DNA of 64,000 nt from a virus, in the IMG/VR virus record IMGVR_UViG_3300045049_000234, positions 47,180-111,179 of that record; one strand, given 5' to 3'. The notes under the pieces were generated by a model. It ran no database searches and was not told the DNA's origin. It saw only the letters and a list, made by a program, of their open reading frames with translations. The stretch's first letter is position 1, and each line of letters begins with the position of its first letter. A program made the position numbers and the translations under genes. Shown here one piece after another: positions 36,276 to 47,693 of this stretch.

Positions 36276-36898
36276 TCAACAAGGCCATCATCGCCATCGC
36301 CGTCGCGGCGACGCTCGCCGCCTGCACCAGCGGCACCGGCGCCACCGGCGGTCAGCAGAACCCCGTTCCGGCCAAGCAATCATGCGCGCCCGGCGATAAC
36401 AACTATTCGTGGTGCATCAACAACCCGGACAACGGTCCCACGCTCTATCCGGCCCCGCTTCCGGCCAACACCGTCAAGTCGAAGGCCACTAACCCCGGCG
36501 TCGGCCAGGTCACCGGCGTGTGCCATTTCTCCATCATCGGTCCGATGCCGGACTCGACCGGCGACAGCGGCATCCGGGTGGAGAAGCAGAGCGTGTTGGT
36601 CTACATCGCCTTCGGCACGATCTGGGGCTACTGCACCGACACGATGCACGACTTCGTCCTTGACGTGTATCTCGCGTACAACGGGAAGCAGGTGGCCCAC
36701 GTCCCGTTCAAGGGATCGCCGGGGCCGGTCAACACGTCACACATCGTGTCAACGCATTGCGTGCCGGGCACCTATCAGATCGCCGCGCAGTACGTCGGCA
36801 AAGACCCTGCGGGCAACATCATCACCGGGCAGCTCGGCGGCAAGCCGAAGTACCTCAGCGCGGCGGACTGCGGATTGAACCCCGCCGGGAGCCACTAG
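36272..36898 (+). CDS. Lipoprotein (paralog B)
   Basis: MINKAIIAIAVAATLAAC lipobox; shares ATNPGVG.V.G.C.FSI and GYCTD..HDF.LD with paralog A. Confidence 0.85.
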   Translation: MINKAIIAIAVAATLAACTSGTGATGGQQNPVPAKQSCAPGDNNYSWCINNPDNGPTLYPAPLPANTVKSKATNPGVGQVTGVCHFSIIGPMPDSTGDSGIRVEKQSVLVYIAFGTIWGYCTDTMHDFVLDVYLAYNGKQVAHVPFKGSPGPVNTSHIVSTHCVPGTYQIAAQYVGKDPAGNIITGQLGGKPKYLSAADCGLNPAGSH

Positions 36899-37141
36899 CA
36901 CATGGATTACGGATCATGGGAGGAGCTGCGCGCCGCGACCGTCGGCGCGCAGCCGCCCCGCGCGCTGGACGTGACCATTTACCCGCCGCACAAGCGCGGC
37001 GACGGGCGCGCACAAGTGCATCGCGGCGTTGCAGCGGGGGGAGGAGTGCAAGGGGACGCGGATGTGCGCGGATGTGGCGGCCAAGGCGTTCATCCCGGTG
37101 ACGTGGGTTCCCGCGCCGCCCGACTCCGCAGGTGGTATCGC

Positions 37142-37171
37142 TTGACTCCGCTATCCGTCCGGGGATAGGAT
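37142..37171 (+). promoter_or_regulatory. Conserved phage promoter
   Basis: TTGACT-CCGCTATCC..-TAGGAT. Confidence 0.7.
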
Positions 37172-37222
37172 GTCCGTAGGACGCCGGGACGAGGAACCCG
37201 GCACCGGCGGAAGGAACCCGAG

Positions 37223-37597
37223 ATGGCCACCGAGACGATGGACGCGATCGACCGGGCGCGCAGCTACGGCGTGCGGATGGACGAGGCGCTGAACAGCGCC
37301 GAGATCGACGAGCTGCGCGAGAGCGTCAACCACGGCGTGACCGTGATGTGGAACGACAAGCGGCTGGCCCGGGTGCTGCGACTGCGACTGATCGGCTGCT
37401 CGCGGGACTACCCGTTTTGGGACGTCTCGTACTGCTACGGCGAGCTGAAGGACGGCACCCGCTGCCGCGTGCAGATGCCGGGCCGCATCAACCGGAATTG
37501 GAAGGCGCACCTGGTGCAGATGGCCTGCCGCGACGGCGTGTTCGCCAAGGGGCTGGGCCTGCTGGACGAGGGCGTGGTGAGCCGCCTGTACGGCTAG
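37223..37597 (+). CDS. Hypothetical protein (stand-alone cassette)
   Basis: Double GGAACCCG leader; hairpin CCAGGAACGCCCC/GGGGCGTTCCTGG plus T-tract downstream. Confidence 0.78.
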   Translation: MATETMDAIDRARSYGVRMDEALNSAEIDELRESVNHGVTVMWNDKRLARVLRLRLIGCSRDYPFWDVSYCYGELKDGTRCRVQMPGRINRNWKAHLVQMACRDGVFAKGLGLLDEGVVSRLYG

Positions 37598-37653
37598 GCG
37601 CCCCCGACCAGGAACGCCCCAGGCAACCGCCGGGGCGTTCCTGGTCTTTCCCC

Positions 37654-37682
37654 TTGACTCTACTAACATCCTGCGGTACCGT
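37654..37682 (+). promoter_or_regulatory. Conserved phage promoter
   Basis: TTGACT-CTACTAACATCCTGCGG-TACCGT. Confidence 0.72.
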
Positions 37683-37731
37683 AGTACCAACGGACCGGGA
37701 GAGGAACCCGGACCCGACGGAAGGAACCCCG

Positions 37732-38292
37732 ATGACCGCCACCGCCACGCAGACCGCCGGAACCTACCAGGGCAAGACCGCCGACCAGTGGCGCACCGAG
37801 GCCCGCGAGATGATGGCCCGCCGCGAAGAGTCGTGGGAGCGCAGCGACACCGACGGATTCGTCAGCCAGTGGGCGCTCGGCTCGCTGTCGGAGAACTACC
37901 GCCTGTGCGCGCAGCTCGCCGAGGCCGACGGCCTGACCGAGGTGTGCGCGCTGTTCGACCTGGAGGGCAACCTGGTCCCCTCGGTCCACGGATGGGGCCA
38001 GTACGGCGAGTACTTCGCGATCCTGGACAACGACGAGCGCGGCTGCGCCCGGTTCTTCAACCCCTCCCGCGCCAGGAACGAGGCGACCGCGCGCAAGAAC
38101 AACGCGACCAAGGGCTTCTACATCGGCACCGTGCGCACCGCCGGGAAGGTCGAACTACTCGGCGGCGGCACCGGTCTGAGCGGATGCGCCAGTTCGTACA
38201 ACGCGATCGTGGCGCAGACCTACAGCAACAAGAACGGTACGACGCTGATCACCGCCGAGCAGGTCGTGGAGGTCATCGACAACGGCCGGTGA
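37732..38292 (+). CDS. Hypothetical protein (stand-alone cassette)
   Basis: Double GGAACCC leader; ESWERSDTDGFVSQWA. Confidence 0.78.
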   Translation: MTATATQTAGTYQGKTADQWRTEAREMMARREESWERSDTDGFVSQWALGSLSENYRLCAQLAEADGLTEVCALFDLEGNLVPSVHGWGQYGEYFAILDNDERGCARFFNPSRARNEATARKNNATKGFYIGTVRTAGKVELLGGGTGLSGCASSYNAIVAQTYSNKNGTTLITAEQVVEVIDNGR

Positions 38293-38489
38293 CAAGCCGG
38301 ACGGCCCGCGTTCCGAACAGGGGGGAACGCGGGCCGTCCCCACCATCGCCGCCCGCCCCGGTTCCACCACGCCGGGGCGGGCGGTTCGCCGTTTGACACG
38401 CCCTGACCTGTACCGAAGAATCAGATCCAGAGTGGCACCCCTTTGACCACGGCACCTTGAAGGGGTGCCTTTCGCATGCGTGGGGGTAT

Positions 38490-38681
38490 ATGGATCACTA
38501 CTTCACACCCGGCGAACTCGCGCAGTTCTTCCACATCCCCACCGGCACCGTCTACCGTTGGGCCAGCGAGGACGGCATCACGCGCCGCCGCATCAACCCC
38601 GGCAACCGCGTGGTCTACCGGTTCGAGGACTTCCGCACCGCCTACGAGAAGAGGCACAGAGATGAGCAACCTGCTGCATGA
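38490..38681 (+). CDS. Small MerR/excisionase-like HTH protein
   Basis: FTPGELAQFFHIPTGTVYRWASEDG. Confidence 0.8.
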   Translation: MDHYFTPGELAQFFHIPTGTVYRWASEDGITRRRINPGNRVVYRFEDFRTAYEKRHRDEQPAA

Positions 38682-38877
38682 CCTGGGCGACGTGTTCCAC
38701 AAGGTCGCCGACGAGATCAAGTCGCTGGCGGACAAGATGGAGACGGCGATCAAGGCCGACGCCAAGCCGATGGAGCGCGGCGCCGAACACGTCGCCGAAC
38801 AGGTCGCCGAACAGGTCGCCGACGCCGCGCTCAAGAGCGCCGAATCCGCCGTCGAATCGAAGGTCGAGAAGGGCTGA
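38662..38877 (+). CDS. Small amphipathic helical protein
   Basis: AGAGG SD; AEQV repeats. Confidence 0.65.
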   Translation: MSNLLHDLGDVFHKVADEIKSLADKMETAIKADAKPMERGAEHVAEQVAEQVADAALKSAESAVESKVEKG

Positions 38878-39035
38878 TGTTCGCCATAGCATCGTTCGCG
38901 CTGGCGCTGCTGGGCTACGTCCTGGACGGCGTGCACGCGCAGACTAACGCGTGGTTCTCCCCGTTGGCACTTGGCCTGCTGTCCCTGGCCGCGCTGGCGC
39001 TGCATGTGATCTCACCTCTGTGGCCGCGCCGATGA
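38877..39035 (+). CDS. Small two-TM membrane protein (52 aa, below ORF-track cutoff)
   Basis: MFAIASFALALLGYVLDGVHAQTNAWFSPLALGLLSLAALALHVISPLWPRR; coupled on both sides. Confidence 0.6.
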   Translation: MFAIASFALALLGYVLDGVHAQTNAWFSPLALGLLSLAALALHVISPLWPRR

Positions 39036-39538
39036 CCACCGGCCGCTATCCCAGTGCCGGGCTGTACGGCTGTGTGCGCACGCCGGGATTCGGCTCCTGG
39101 TTGATCCGCGTGGGTACCCGTTCGTGGGCCAATCACGTGTTCATCACGCTGGACGACCGGGGCACCATCGCCGAGGCGGAGCCGGGCGGCCTGCGCAAGG
39201 CGCACCTGGACGAGTACGAGGGCTACCGGTGCTCGCTGAACCTGCACGAGATGTACACCCCGGATCAGCGCCAGAAGGTCGTGGACGGCACCACGGCGCT
39301 GATCGGCGTGCCGTATGACGATCTGGCGATCGTCAACGACGGCTTGGAAGTGCTGCGCGTGCACTGGCGGTGGCTGATCAAGGCCGCCAACAGCGACCAC
39401 GAGCTGATGTGCTCGCAGGCGGTTGCGGTGGTCGGCGCGCAGGCGGGGTTCGACTGGCTGTGCGGCCGGTCCGCCGCCGTGGAGGTCACGCCCGCCGATC
39501 TGGCCAAGCGCGATGTGATGGTGCCGTGGCAGTGGTGA
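39032..39538 (+). CDS. Permuted papain-like NlpC/P60 (YiiX/YaeF-like) enzyme
   Basis: His precedes Cys: SWANHVFI...AEAEPGG...IGVPYD...LMCSQAVA...VTPADL. Confidence 0.8.
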   Translation: MTTGRYPSAGLYGCVRTPGFGSWLIRVGTRSWANHVFITLDDRGTIAEAEPGGLRKAHLDEYEGYRCSLNLHEMYTPDQRQKVVDGTTALIGVPYDDLAIVNDGLEVLRVHWRWLIKAANSDHELMCSQAVAVVGAQAGFDWLCGRSAAVEVTPADLAKRDVMVPWQW

Positions 39539-40974
39539 GCACGGACTGCTGCTGCCCGATGTTCCAGGCGGAGGGATCGGGTCGGCACGTGACGTTCATG
39601 GCGTGCTGCCCGACGCACGCCCCGGACGCGCCGCCTGCCGTGCGCCCGCGCCCCGGTGGTGTTCCGGTGCGTCCCCGGTCCGGATAGGCCGCCCACGGGC
39701 CGCGCAAGCCGTGTGGCGCGGCACTGGTTCGCTAAGGTAGCGTATGCGCATGGAACCCCCCGCCTGGCCGAATCGCTACGTGTCCGACTGCGATCACACG
39801 CGCTTCGACGGGAACCTGTGCCGGGACGCCGACTGCGTGTGGCCGTGCGACCTGTGCGACGCCGACGGCTACGAGAACGACCACGTCCACTGCGACGGGT
39901 GCGCCGCCACCCGGTGCCACGGATTCTGGTGGCGGCTGAAGAAACCGATGCCGCCGAAAGACCCGAACGACACGCGCAGCGGCCTGGGCAAGGTGCGTGA
40001 CGCCGTCCGCGCGTCACGCGGCGGGGACGCCCCGGTGCAGATCCGGGGCTACGCGTGATGTACGACGTCTACGCGAGTATGGCCGCGACGCTGCGCCGCC
40101 GGTGGCGCCCCCCGTACTGGCTGGTACGCGACCGCGAGAAGACCGCGCGGTGGCAGGAAACCGGCCGTGACGCGTGGACGGCGGACGTGGCGCGCAAGCT
40201 GGCCTACGCGGTGGCCGACGTGCGTCGCGGGTCGTGCTGCCCGTCGTGGGGCGACCCGCGCGTGGACGGCGACGCGCGGTTCCTGACCTCGCCGGGCCAC
40301 CCGCGCGACCCGGTCCACCAGCCGAGTTGGAAACGGCCCATGGAAGGGCTCGAATGATGCAGTACATTGCGATGCTGTGGACGGAGAAGAAGGGCAAGCT
40401 CCTTCAGACCTTCGGTCCCTACCCCACCGAGAAGGCCGCATGGGACGCCACCGAGCGGCTGAACGACTGGCCCGCGATCCGCGATGGGCAATGGGACGTG
40501 GTCGCGCTCTACTCAAACCCTAAGCAGCCGGTCCAGCAGACGTCTGCGACGCAGGTCTGGACCGGAGGATCGATCACATTGTCGGGCGCGATCGTCAGCC
40601 AGCCTGTCGGGCAGTGGACGCTGCGATCCGATCAGTACATGCCGTACGCGTCGGTATCGGTCGCGGTGCCGGTGGCCAACGCGGCGATCACCGTCAACCG
40701 GCCGATGTACTGACATGGCCACGCGCGTCGTCAGGGACGCCACGCACACGCCGTGGGGTGCACTGATATGGAACCACGCACCGTGCAACCGCTTCGGCTG
40801 GGCCGGACGGTGCGTGCACTGCGGCGGCAACGCGATGCTGCGCCACCCGCTGACGAACCAGCCCTGTCACAAAAGCTGTCAAGATCGGATCGACCGTGCT
40901 GCTGGATGACAGGTTCTGCCGATGTGGCGCGCTAGCCGCGCGCCGCCGCCGCGCCACAGACAAGGCGAACGGAC

Positions 40975-41418
40975 ATGGCAACTGACACGTGGGACCTGAC
41001 CCCCATCGGCCGGTTCATCCTCGATCGGCTGGACGAGGAGAACGCCGCCGCCACCGCCGCCACGCCCGACGGCGAGACGTGCGCCGCGTGGCCGCCCCCG
41101 GCGCTGAGGCGCTACGAGATCGCCGACGTGCCGTTCGACGACTGGCAGCGCGCCCGCGTGCCGTTCATCAAGTACTGGTCGCCGCTGCGGGTCATGGCGG
41201 AGCTGAACGTCATCCGGACGTTGGTGATCGCGCACGAGGGCGAGCACTACTGCCCCACGCCCGACCACGATCAGCCGTACTTCAACTACCTGCAAGGGTG
41301 GGAAGAAGAACGCGAGCACCCGCAGATATGCCCGGTGCACCGCCTGGTCGCCGCACTGTGGAGCGATCACCCGGACTACCACGCGAAGGAATGGGAGCCG
41401 GTGTATGACCTCGACTGA
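40975..41418 (+). CDS. Conserved actinophage hypothetical protein (DUF6221-like)
   Basis: FILDRLDEENAAA...RVMAEL...LVAALWSDHPDY. Confidence 0.7.
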   Translation: MATDTWDLTPIGRFILDRLDEENAAATAATPDGETCAAWPPPALRRYEIADVPFDDWQRARVPFIKYWSPLRVMAELNVIRTLVIAHEGEHYCPTPDHDQPYFNYLQGWEEEREHPQICPVHRLVAALWSDHPDYHAKEWEPVYDLD

Positions 41419-41912
41419 CGATGGCGTGGACGGCGAGTGGTACGAGGTTGACCGCTCCGCCCCGTGGTACGACGAAGACCGCTGCCATCAGGCCGACCAC
41501 CACGAGCGCCTGCACACGCAGGGCGCCGCCCACGCCAAGGCCATCGACCTGCTGCGCGAGATCTACGACGAGCCCGACGTGCGGCTGGGCTACCACCTGC
41601 ACAACAAGGTGCAGACGTTCCTGCGCGGCATCGACTGGCACGACGCGATGAAGGACTTCACGGAAGGCGCCGAATGAACGTGGCCGACATCCCGGTGGCG
41701 CTGGAGGCCGTGCGCATCAGCCCCCGACCGGGCGACGTGATCCTGGTCAAACCGCAGCGGGACTTCCTGACCACGTATCAGGCGCGTGCGATTCAGGAGA
41801 CGTTGGAAGCGTACCTGCCGGACCACCGCGTGTGCCTGATCCCGTTCAGCGCCGACCTCGCGGTACTGAGCGCCGAAGACCTCAAATACCTGATGGAAGA
41901 GGACGACACGCA

Positions 41913-42476
41913 GTGACCGCCATCGCGGCCATCGCCAGCCAGTCCTCCGGCCGCGTCTACATGGCCGGAGACAGCGCGATCACCTCCGGGTGGAACATCA
42001 GCTCCCGCTACGGCGGCAAGGTGTTCCGCACCGGCCCGTACGTCATGGGCGTGTCCGGCGGGCTGCGCGGCGCGCAAATCGTCCAGTACCACCTGGACGT
42101 CCCGGAACCGGCGCACCCGGACGGCCTGGGCGCGTTCATGGCCACCGTGTTCGTGGACCGGCTGCGCAAGGCGTACAAGGACGCCGGGTACGCGAAGAAG
42201 GAATCAGACCGCGAGACCAGCGAGGACAACATCCTGGTGGGCGTGCGCGGGCGGATCTTCACGATCTGGGGCCAGTACGCCGCCGAGGAGACCACGCTGC
42301 CGTACGCGACGATCGGCAGCGGCGGCGAATACGCGCTCGGCTCGCTGCACACCACCCACGACCTGCCGATGCGTCCGCGTGTCCGCCTGGAGCTGGCATT
42401 GCTGGCCGCTGAGCAGTTCAACGCCGCCGTGCGCGGCCCGTTCACGTTCGCATCGACACCACGGGACGATGACTGA
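41913..42476 (+). CDS. Ntn-hydrolase, proteasome beta/HslV-like
   Basis: Thr right after start (MTAIAAI), VYMAGDS, KVF, GVSG, TIGSGGEYALGSL. Confidence 0.82.
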   Translation: MTAIAAIASQSSGRVYMAGDSAITSGWNISSRYGGKVFRTGPYVMGVSGGLRGAQIVQYHLDVPEPAHPDGLGAFMATVFVDRLRKAYKDAGYAKKESDRETSEDNILVGVRGRIFTIWGQYAAEETTLPYATIGSGGEYALGSLHTTHDLPMRPRVRLELALLAAEQFNAAVRGPFTFASTPRDDD

Positions 42477-44131
42477 TGCCAGCCGTAGGGTTCGTCACCG
42501 ACCGGCCCGGCGGCGGCAGCCGCGAGATCCTGCTGTCCCGTCACGCGCACATCGACTTGGCGCGCGAGCTGGCTGTACGCGGCAAGGACGGCGTGGCCAA
42601 GCTGACGATCCGGTGGGGCATCAAGCCCCCTGAGATGTTCAGCTTCGAGATCCACGCTGACGGCAGCGTGCACTGCTCGGACGGGTACGAGGCGATCGTC
42701 CAGGACGGCAAGATCACCGGCTTCCGCAAGACCCTGCCATGAGGATCAAGGGCATCGCGTACCTGCCGGAGCCGGAGGAGTACCCGCAGACGTGGGAGGT
42801 CCCGGACGGACCCGTGCCGCTGCGCGTCGAGTTCAACCCGGTCCGCATCCCCATCGGCACGGCCCGGCTGACCAAGCATCCGGACGGCACCATCACCTGC
42901 ACCGCGCAGATCGCCGAAGGCGAGGAGCAGTTCCTCGGCTCGTTCCCGAAGCTCGCGGTCAGCCTGGCGTTGCGGCCCGGCGCGGTCGAGGACCGGCTGA
43001 CGGAGCACGCGCGGGTCCTCGGGGTCAGCGTGTGCCACGAGAACCAAAACCGGGACATCCCGCCGTACAAGATCCTGGAGGACGAGTGAACACGTACAGC
43101 GTGATCTGGTACCCGCCGACCGCGACCGCCGGGACGCAGGCTACGGTGCAGGCCGCGCAGTTCATTGTGAACGAGGACTACGTCCTGTTCGTGGACAGCG
43201 CCGGGGATCCGCTGCTCGCCATCCCGCGCAGCCTGAGCCCCGTGGTGACGAAGACCGCCTGATGCCGTACACGCACCGGATCAACCCGGAGCCGTATCCG
43301 GCCGGGACCGTCCTGACGTCCGGCGACCTAGAGCCGTGCGGCGGGACGATGGTGCGGGACGCCGCCGGTACCGAGTGGATCCGGGACAGCCTGTACGAGG
43401 GACCGGCGAATTGGTATCCGCTCATCCCAGCAGAGCCGGGGTGGTACCGGGATGCGGACGTGGAGACATGGACGCACGTGGCGGGTAATCACGGGCCGGT
43501 GACCGTCACCGAGGCCCCTAGCGATGACGATGTAGAGACGGCGCGCAGATGGCTGACATGAGCGAGAAGCAGATCACGTACCACGCCGCCGCGCAGTTCG
43601 ACCAGATCGAGCCCGCACCGTTCGACGAGATCACCGCGCTGGTCGTCCCGACCCGCGCGGACCGGTTCACCCCGCACGTCGGGCGCGATGTACTGGTGAG
43701 TGTGCACGACCTGACGGACCCGCGCAGCGGGCTGATCCCGGTGGCCGCACAGGTGACCGGCGTCGCGGCGGCGGCGGGCATGGGCGACGGGTACGGCACG
43801 ATGGTCACGTTCACGCACCCGATCATCGTGCCCCGCTCGCCCCGCCTGATGTACACGATCTGCGACGAGTACGGGTCGCTCATCCAGTGAACGCGCACGA
43901 GCGGCTGTACGTGATCGCGGGAACGTACCGGGAGTACTTGGACTGGTGCGCCGATCTGCCGATCGGCCGCAACGATCCGCGCGTGCGGTGCGTGCTCGAT
44001 TCCTGGGCGTTGCAAGGCGCGCCGCGCGGTCTGTGGTACATCAAGATCGGAACATGGGAACGCTGGTCCAGCCGGGCGCACATCGATGAGATGCTGTACT
44101 GCTGCGAAGCCCGCGACGCGGACGCGGCCAT

Positions 44132-44210
44132 GGGTCGGATGGGCTCGGAGCGGAGATCGGCTGTAAACCGGTTGCCATCGGCATAGCAGGTTCGACACCT
44201 GCCCGACCCA
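44132..44210 (+). tRNA. tRNA-Tyr(GUA)-like gene with degenerate D-arm
   Basis: Acceptor GGGTCGG/CCGACCC plus A, anticodon arm ATCGG-CTGTAAA-CCGGT, long variable arm, T-arm GCAGG-TTCGACA-CCTGC; D-arm non-canonical; no CCA. Confidence 0.65.
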
Positions 44211-44792
44211 CGCGGAGGAACCAGTGAGCACCGTAGATCGGATACGTCGGTATCTGGAGAACACCCGCCACTACGGCGGCAACGGCGACGAACCGCTGAT
44301 CGACGCGCTGTCCGACGTCGTGGGATTGTGGTCCCCGCCGGATGAGGACGCGGGCGATGACCTGATGGCGTGGGATGAGGGCTATCAGGAGGCGATGGAC
44401 GAGGTTGTGGACGTCATCGCCAACGCACTCGGGATCGCCCGTGAATGACGTCACCACGGCCATAGGCGAGCGTTTGGCGGCGTTGGACGGGATAGACGTC
44501 ACCGCCGAGCCGGAACGCTCCTTGCGGGCGATCCTGGCCCTACGCGAGGCCGCCCGCGCCGTGGTGGACCTGCACTGCCCGCGCGAGCCGACGCAGATCG
44601 AGGCGGCCGGACTGCCCTCGTACGAACGTGGAAAGATGGTGTGTACCGTGTGTATGCCCAGTGGTGGAGCGCTGGGTCCACGCGAGGTCTACCCATGCAG
44701 AACGGTGCGCGCCATCATGGGAATGATCGGGGTGAAAGAACCGTGATCCGTCCGCGCAGCATGAGCGTGTTCCGCCGCATCAAGGAGGACCC

Positions 44793-45108
44793 CATGGGAT
44801 TGACCACCAACCCGGACGATCCGCGCCTGACCCACGGCACCGACGAACACCCGGTGCCGCAGGCGGAGGCATACCTGGTCATGTCGCGGGCCGAACGCGC
44901 GAAGGGTTTCGTGCGGCCGGTCCGGCAAAGCTACGTCCACATGGTGTGCGGCGGCATCACCACCATGGGCAGTGCACTGGCCGAGACGTACGCCCGCGAC
45001 CCCTCGTTCTACGGCGCCACGTACTGCGCGAAGTGCCAGATGCACCGGCCGGTGGGCGCGGACGGCGAATTCGTGTGGCAGGGCACGGACCAGCGAGTCG
45101 GCACGTGA
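44793..45108 (+). CDS. Conserved phage hypothetical protein
   Basis: GGAGGACCCC-ATG; RAKGFVRPVRQSYVH..CG...TYCAKC. Confidence 0.7.
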
Positions 45109-46491
45109 CCACGATCGACTATCCGGGGTTCCTGAACCTGCTGCCGGGTGACGGCCGCCCGTGCTCGATCCACCCGGGGCACTACATCACCGGCGACGGC
45201 TGCGACCGGTGCGCGGAGATCAACTTGGTGCGCAGACTGCGCCGGGAGATCCAATCGCTCATCGAACTCGCGAGCTGCTATGAGGACATGGTCTGCGTGT
45301 GCCGGGAGTCGTGCGGCGACCACTTGGACGCGTCCGCGATGATCCACATCCAGAACCTCATCAGCGACCTGCGGTTGCGATGGGACTGCGACAACACGGA
45401 CCCGGACGAGCCAGAAGGCGGGTTCGTCCAGGACGCGCCGCTGTGACACCCGTCGCGGGCGCGCGGATCCGGTTGACCCCGGCCGAACGCGAAGCGCTGG
45501 CACGGTGGATCGTGCGCGCGGTGGTGTGGTTGTCCGAGCGGATGGGCGTCCCGCCGTGGGGCGCGGTGCTGATCGTCACGGGGCTGATAGTGGCCGCCGG
45601 TGTGGTGTACGCGTTTTGGGACGACATCATGGATTGGATCGGCCAATGGGTGTGATCATCGTCCCCGTGGTCCCGGCGTGCACCCGGTACCACACGTGCA
45701 AGCCGGTGACCGAGCATGACCTGATCGTCGCGGTTCTCACGGCGGTCGGCGGGTTGGCGGCACTCGCTGTTCTCGCGGCCGGGGTGATGTGGGCGTTCGG
45801 CCGGGATTGGAGGCGCCGCCGGTGACGTATGAACTCGACACGCGGGCCGTGTTCGTCGGCGGACCGATCGACGGGCAGGTGCAGATCCTGCAAGGCAGGC
45901 CGTACGCATGGTTCGTCGCGCAGGCGCCCGGCATCCCCTCCGCGCTGACGGCCGACGTCGGGTGGCCGAACATCGTCAATCACATGTACCGGATCAAGGT
46001 CGTGGACGGACATCCGTCCATCACCGACGACGGCCTGACCAGGTACGAGTACGTGGGGGACCGCTGATGAAAGCGCTGTTCCACAGCACAGGCGGCTGCG
46101 GGTCGATCCGGTCCCCGCGCGCCGACGGGACATGGACGTTCTGCGACTGCGGCCAGGCCGCTATGCGCTGGACCGATCCGGCACGGGGACTAGCCGAAGT
46201 GTGGGCGGCCGACCCCGGCAGTGCCCGCGTGATCGGCATGAACAACGCGATGCTGCTGGCCGACCCCCCGAACGGCAGCCGTGCGGAGCAGGGCAAATCA
46301 TGGCGCGACATGCACGAGCTGAGCATCCGCGCCGTCAGCCCGCACTACCTGTTCCACGCGGACGACCGCGCGTGCTGGGCCGTGGTCATCCGCCCCGGCG
46401 AGACCGGCGACATCAAGCGCGTGGTCGAAAAGCCCTTCGATCCATCGCGTGCCATGATCGACGAGACGGAACTGTTCACGGGAGGCGACGC

Positions 46492-46752
46492 ATGAGGTTC
46501 CACCGCAGGCCCGACGCCGTGGACGCGATCCACTACATCGGCGTCAACGAGGAGCAGGTCATGGAGTTCGTCGGGCGCGGCAAGCTGGCGCACTACGGCA
46601 ACGGCACCCAACTGATGATCCCGATCGGCGGCAACACCGGCGTGATGATCGTGTCCGTGGGGGATTGGGTGATCAAGCACCCCGACGGCACCGTGAGCAC
46701 TGCCAGCGATGCCACGTTCACCGCCACCTACGAACCCAGTGAGGCATACTGA
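46492..46752 (+). CDS. Small conserved phage protein (GDWVIK...FxATYE motif)
   Basis: MRFHRRPDAVDAI...VSVGDWVIKHPDG...FTATYE; coupled to the DUF2829 gene. Confidence 0.75.
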   Translation: MRFHRRPDAVDAIHYIGVNEEQVMEFVGRGKLAHYGNGTQLMIPIGGNTGVMIVSVGDWVIKHPDGTVSTASDATFTATYEPSEAY

Positions 46753-46970
46753 TGGACTTCTCCGCAGCGCTGCACGCGCTGAAGAACGGATCACGCGTCC
46801 ACCGTGCGGGATGGAACGGCGCCGGGCAGTGGATCGCGATGCAGACGCCTGACGAGAACTCGAAGATGAGCCTGCCGTACCTGTACATCAGCACGGTGGG
46901 TGGCGCACTGGTTCCGTGGCTGGCGTCACAGACCGATCTGCTTTCCGAAGACTGGGAGATCGCCGAATGA
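46752..46970 (+). CDS. DUF2829 / Tad2-like protein
   Basis: MDFSAALHALKNGSRVHRAGWNG...PYLYI...VPWLASQTDLLSEDW. Confidence 0.88.
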   Translation: MDFSAALHALKNGSRVHRAGWNGAGQWIAMQTPDENSKMSLPYLYISTVGGALVPWLASQTDLLSEDWEIAE

Positions 46971-47693
46971 TCCACCGCGAACCGCACACACTGTCCGGCA
47001 AGACCGTGACCGCGAACTGGCGCGGCGAGACCGAGGAATACGACGTCGAAGACTACTGGGACCGTGTCGCCGGTGCCTCGTGGATGGACATCGCGGGCAA
47101 CCCGGCGGTGATCCACTACGAGGTGCGCCACCGTACCAAGCCGTTGCCCGACGGCGACGACGTCCTGTACGGCAAGGACCGCTACGGCCTGGGCCACCTG
47201 GTGCACATCAGCGAACTGGCCGCGTGAGCGACGGCCCGCACTGCCGCCTGTGCGGCGACCCGCTCCACCTGGTCGCGATGGCCGACATGGACGAGTACGT
47301 GTGGGTGGACGATCACGGCGACACGACCGGCATCGACCGGGACCTGCGCGTGTACGGCGAGGGAACAGGCGACGCGTACACGCGGATCGGACGGCTGTTC
47401 CGCACGGTGCGCGAGCACCAGCAGTCGCGCAAAGGCACACTGACACCCGCCGAGTACAAGCGATTGATGGGGGAGTACATCGGATTGAACGTCCGGCTGG
47501 GCAACGGCACATGGCACACCCACGTGGCCACCGGCACCCCGGTCAACACGGCCCCGGTCCCGCACCACTGCGAGCGCCCGATGTGGCACCGCCCGTCCGG
47601 CTGGCACTGCCGCGCGGGATGCGGCCACGTACAGCACAGCGGCCAGTAGACTGACTACCACTACGCACCATCCACCACACACCGAGGACCACC

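Noticed and set aside
38877-39538. Holin-endolysin lysis cassette
   Set aside because: A two-TM protein next to an NlpC/P60-like gene is suggestive, but permuted members are not typical endolysins and no cell-wall-binding domain is visible.
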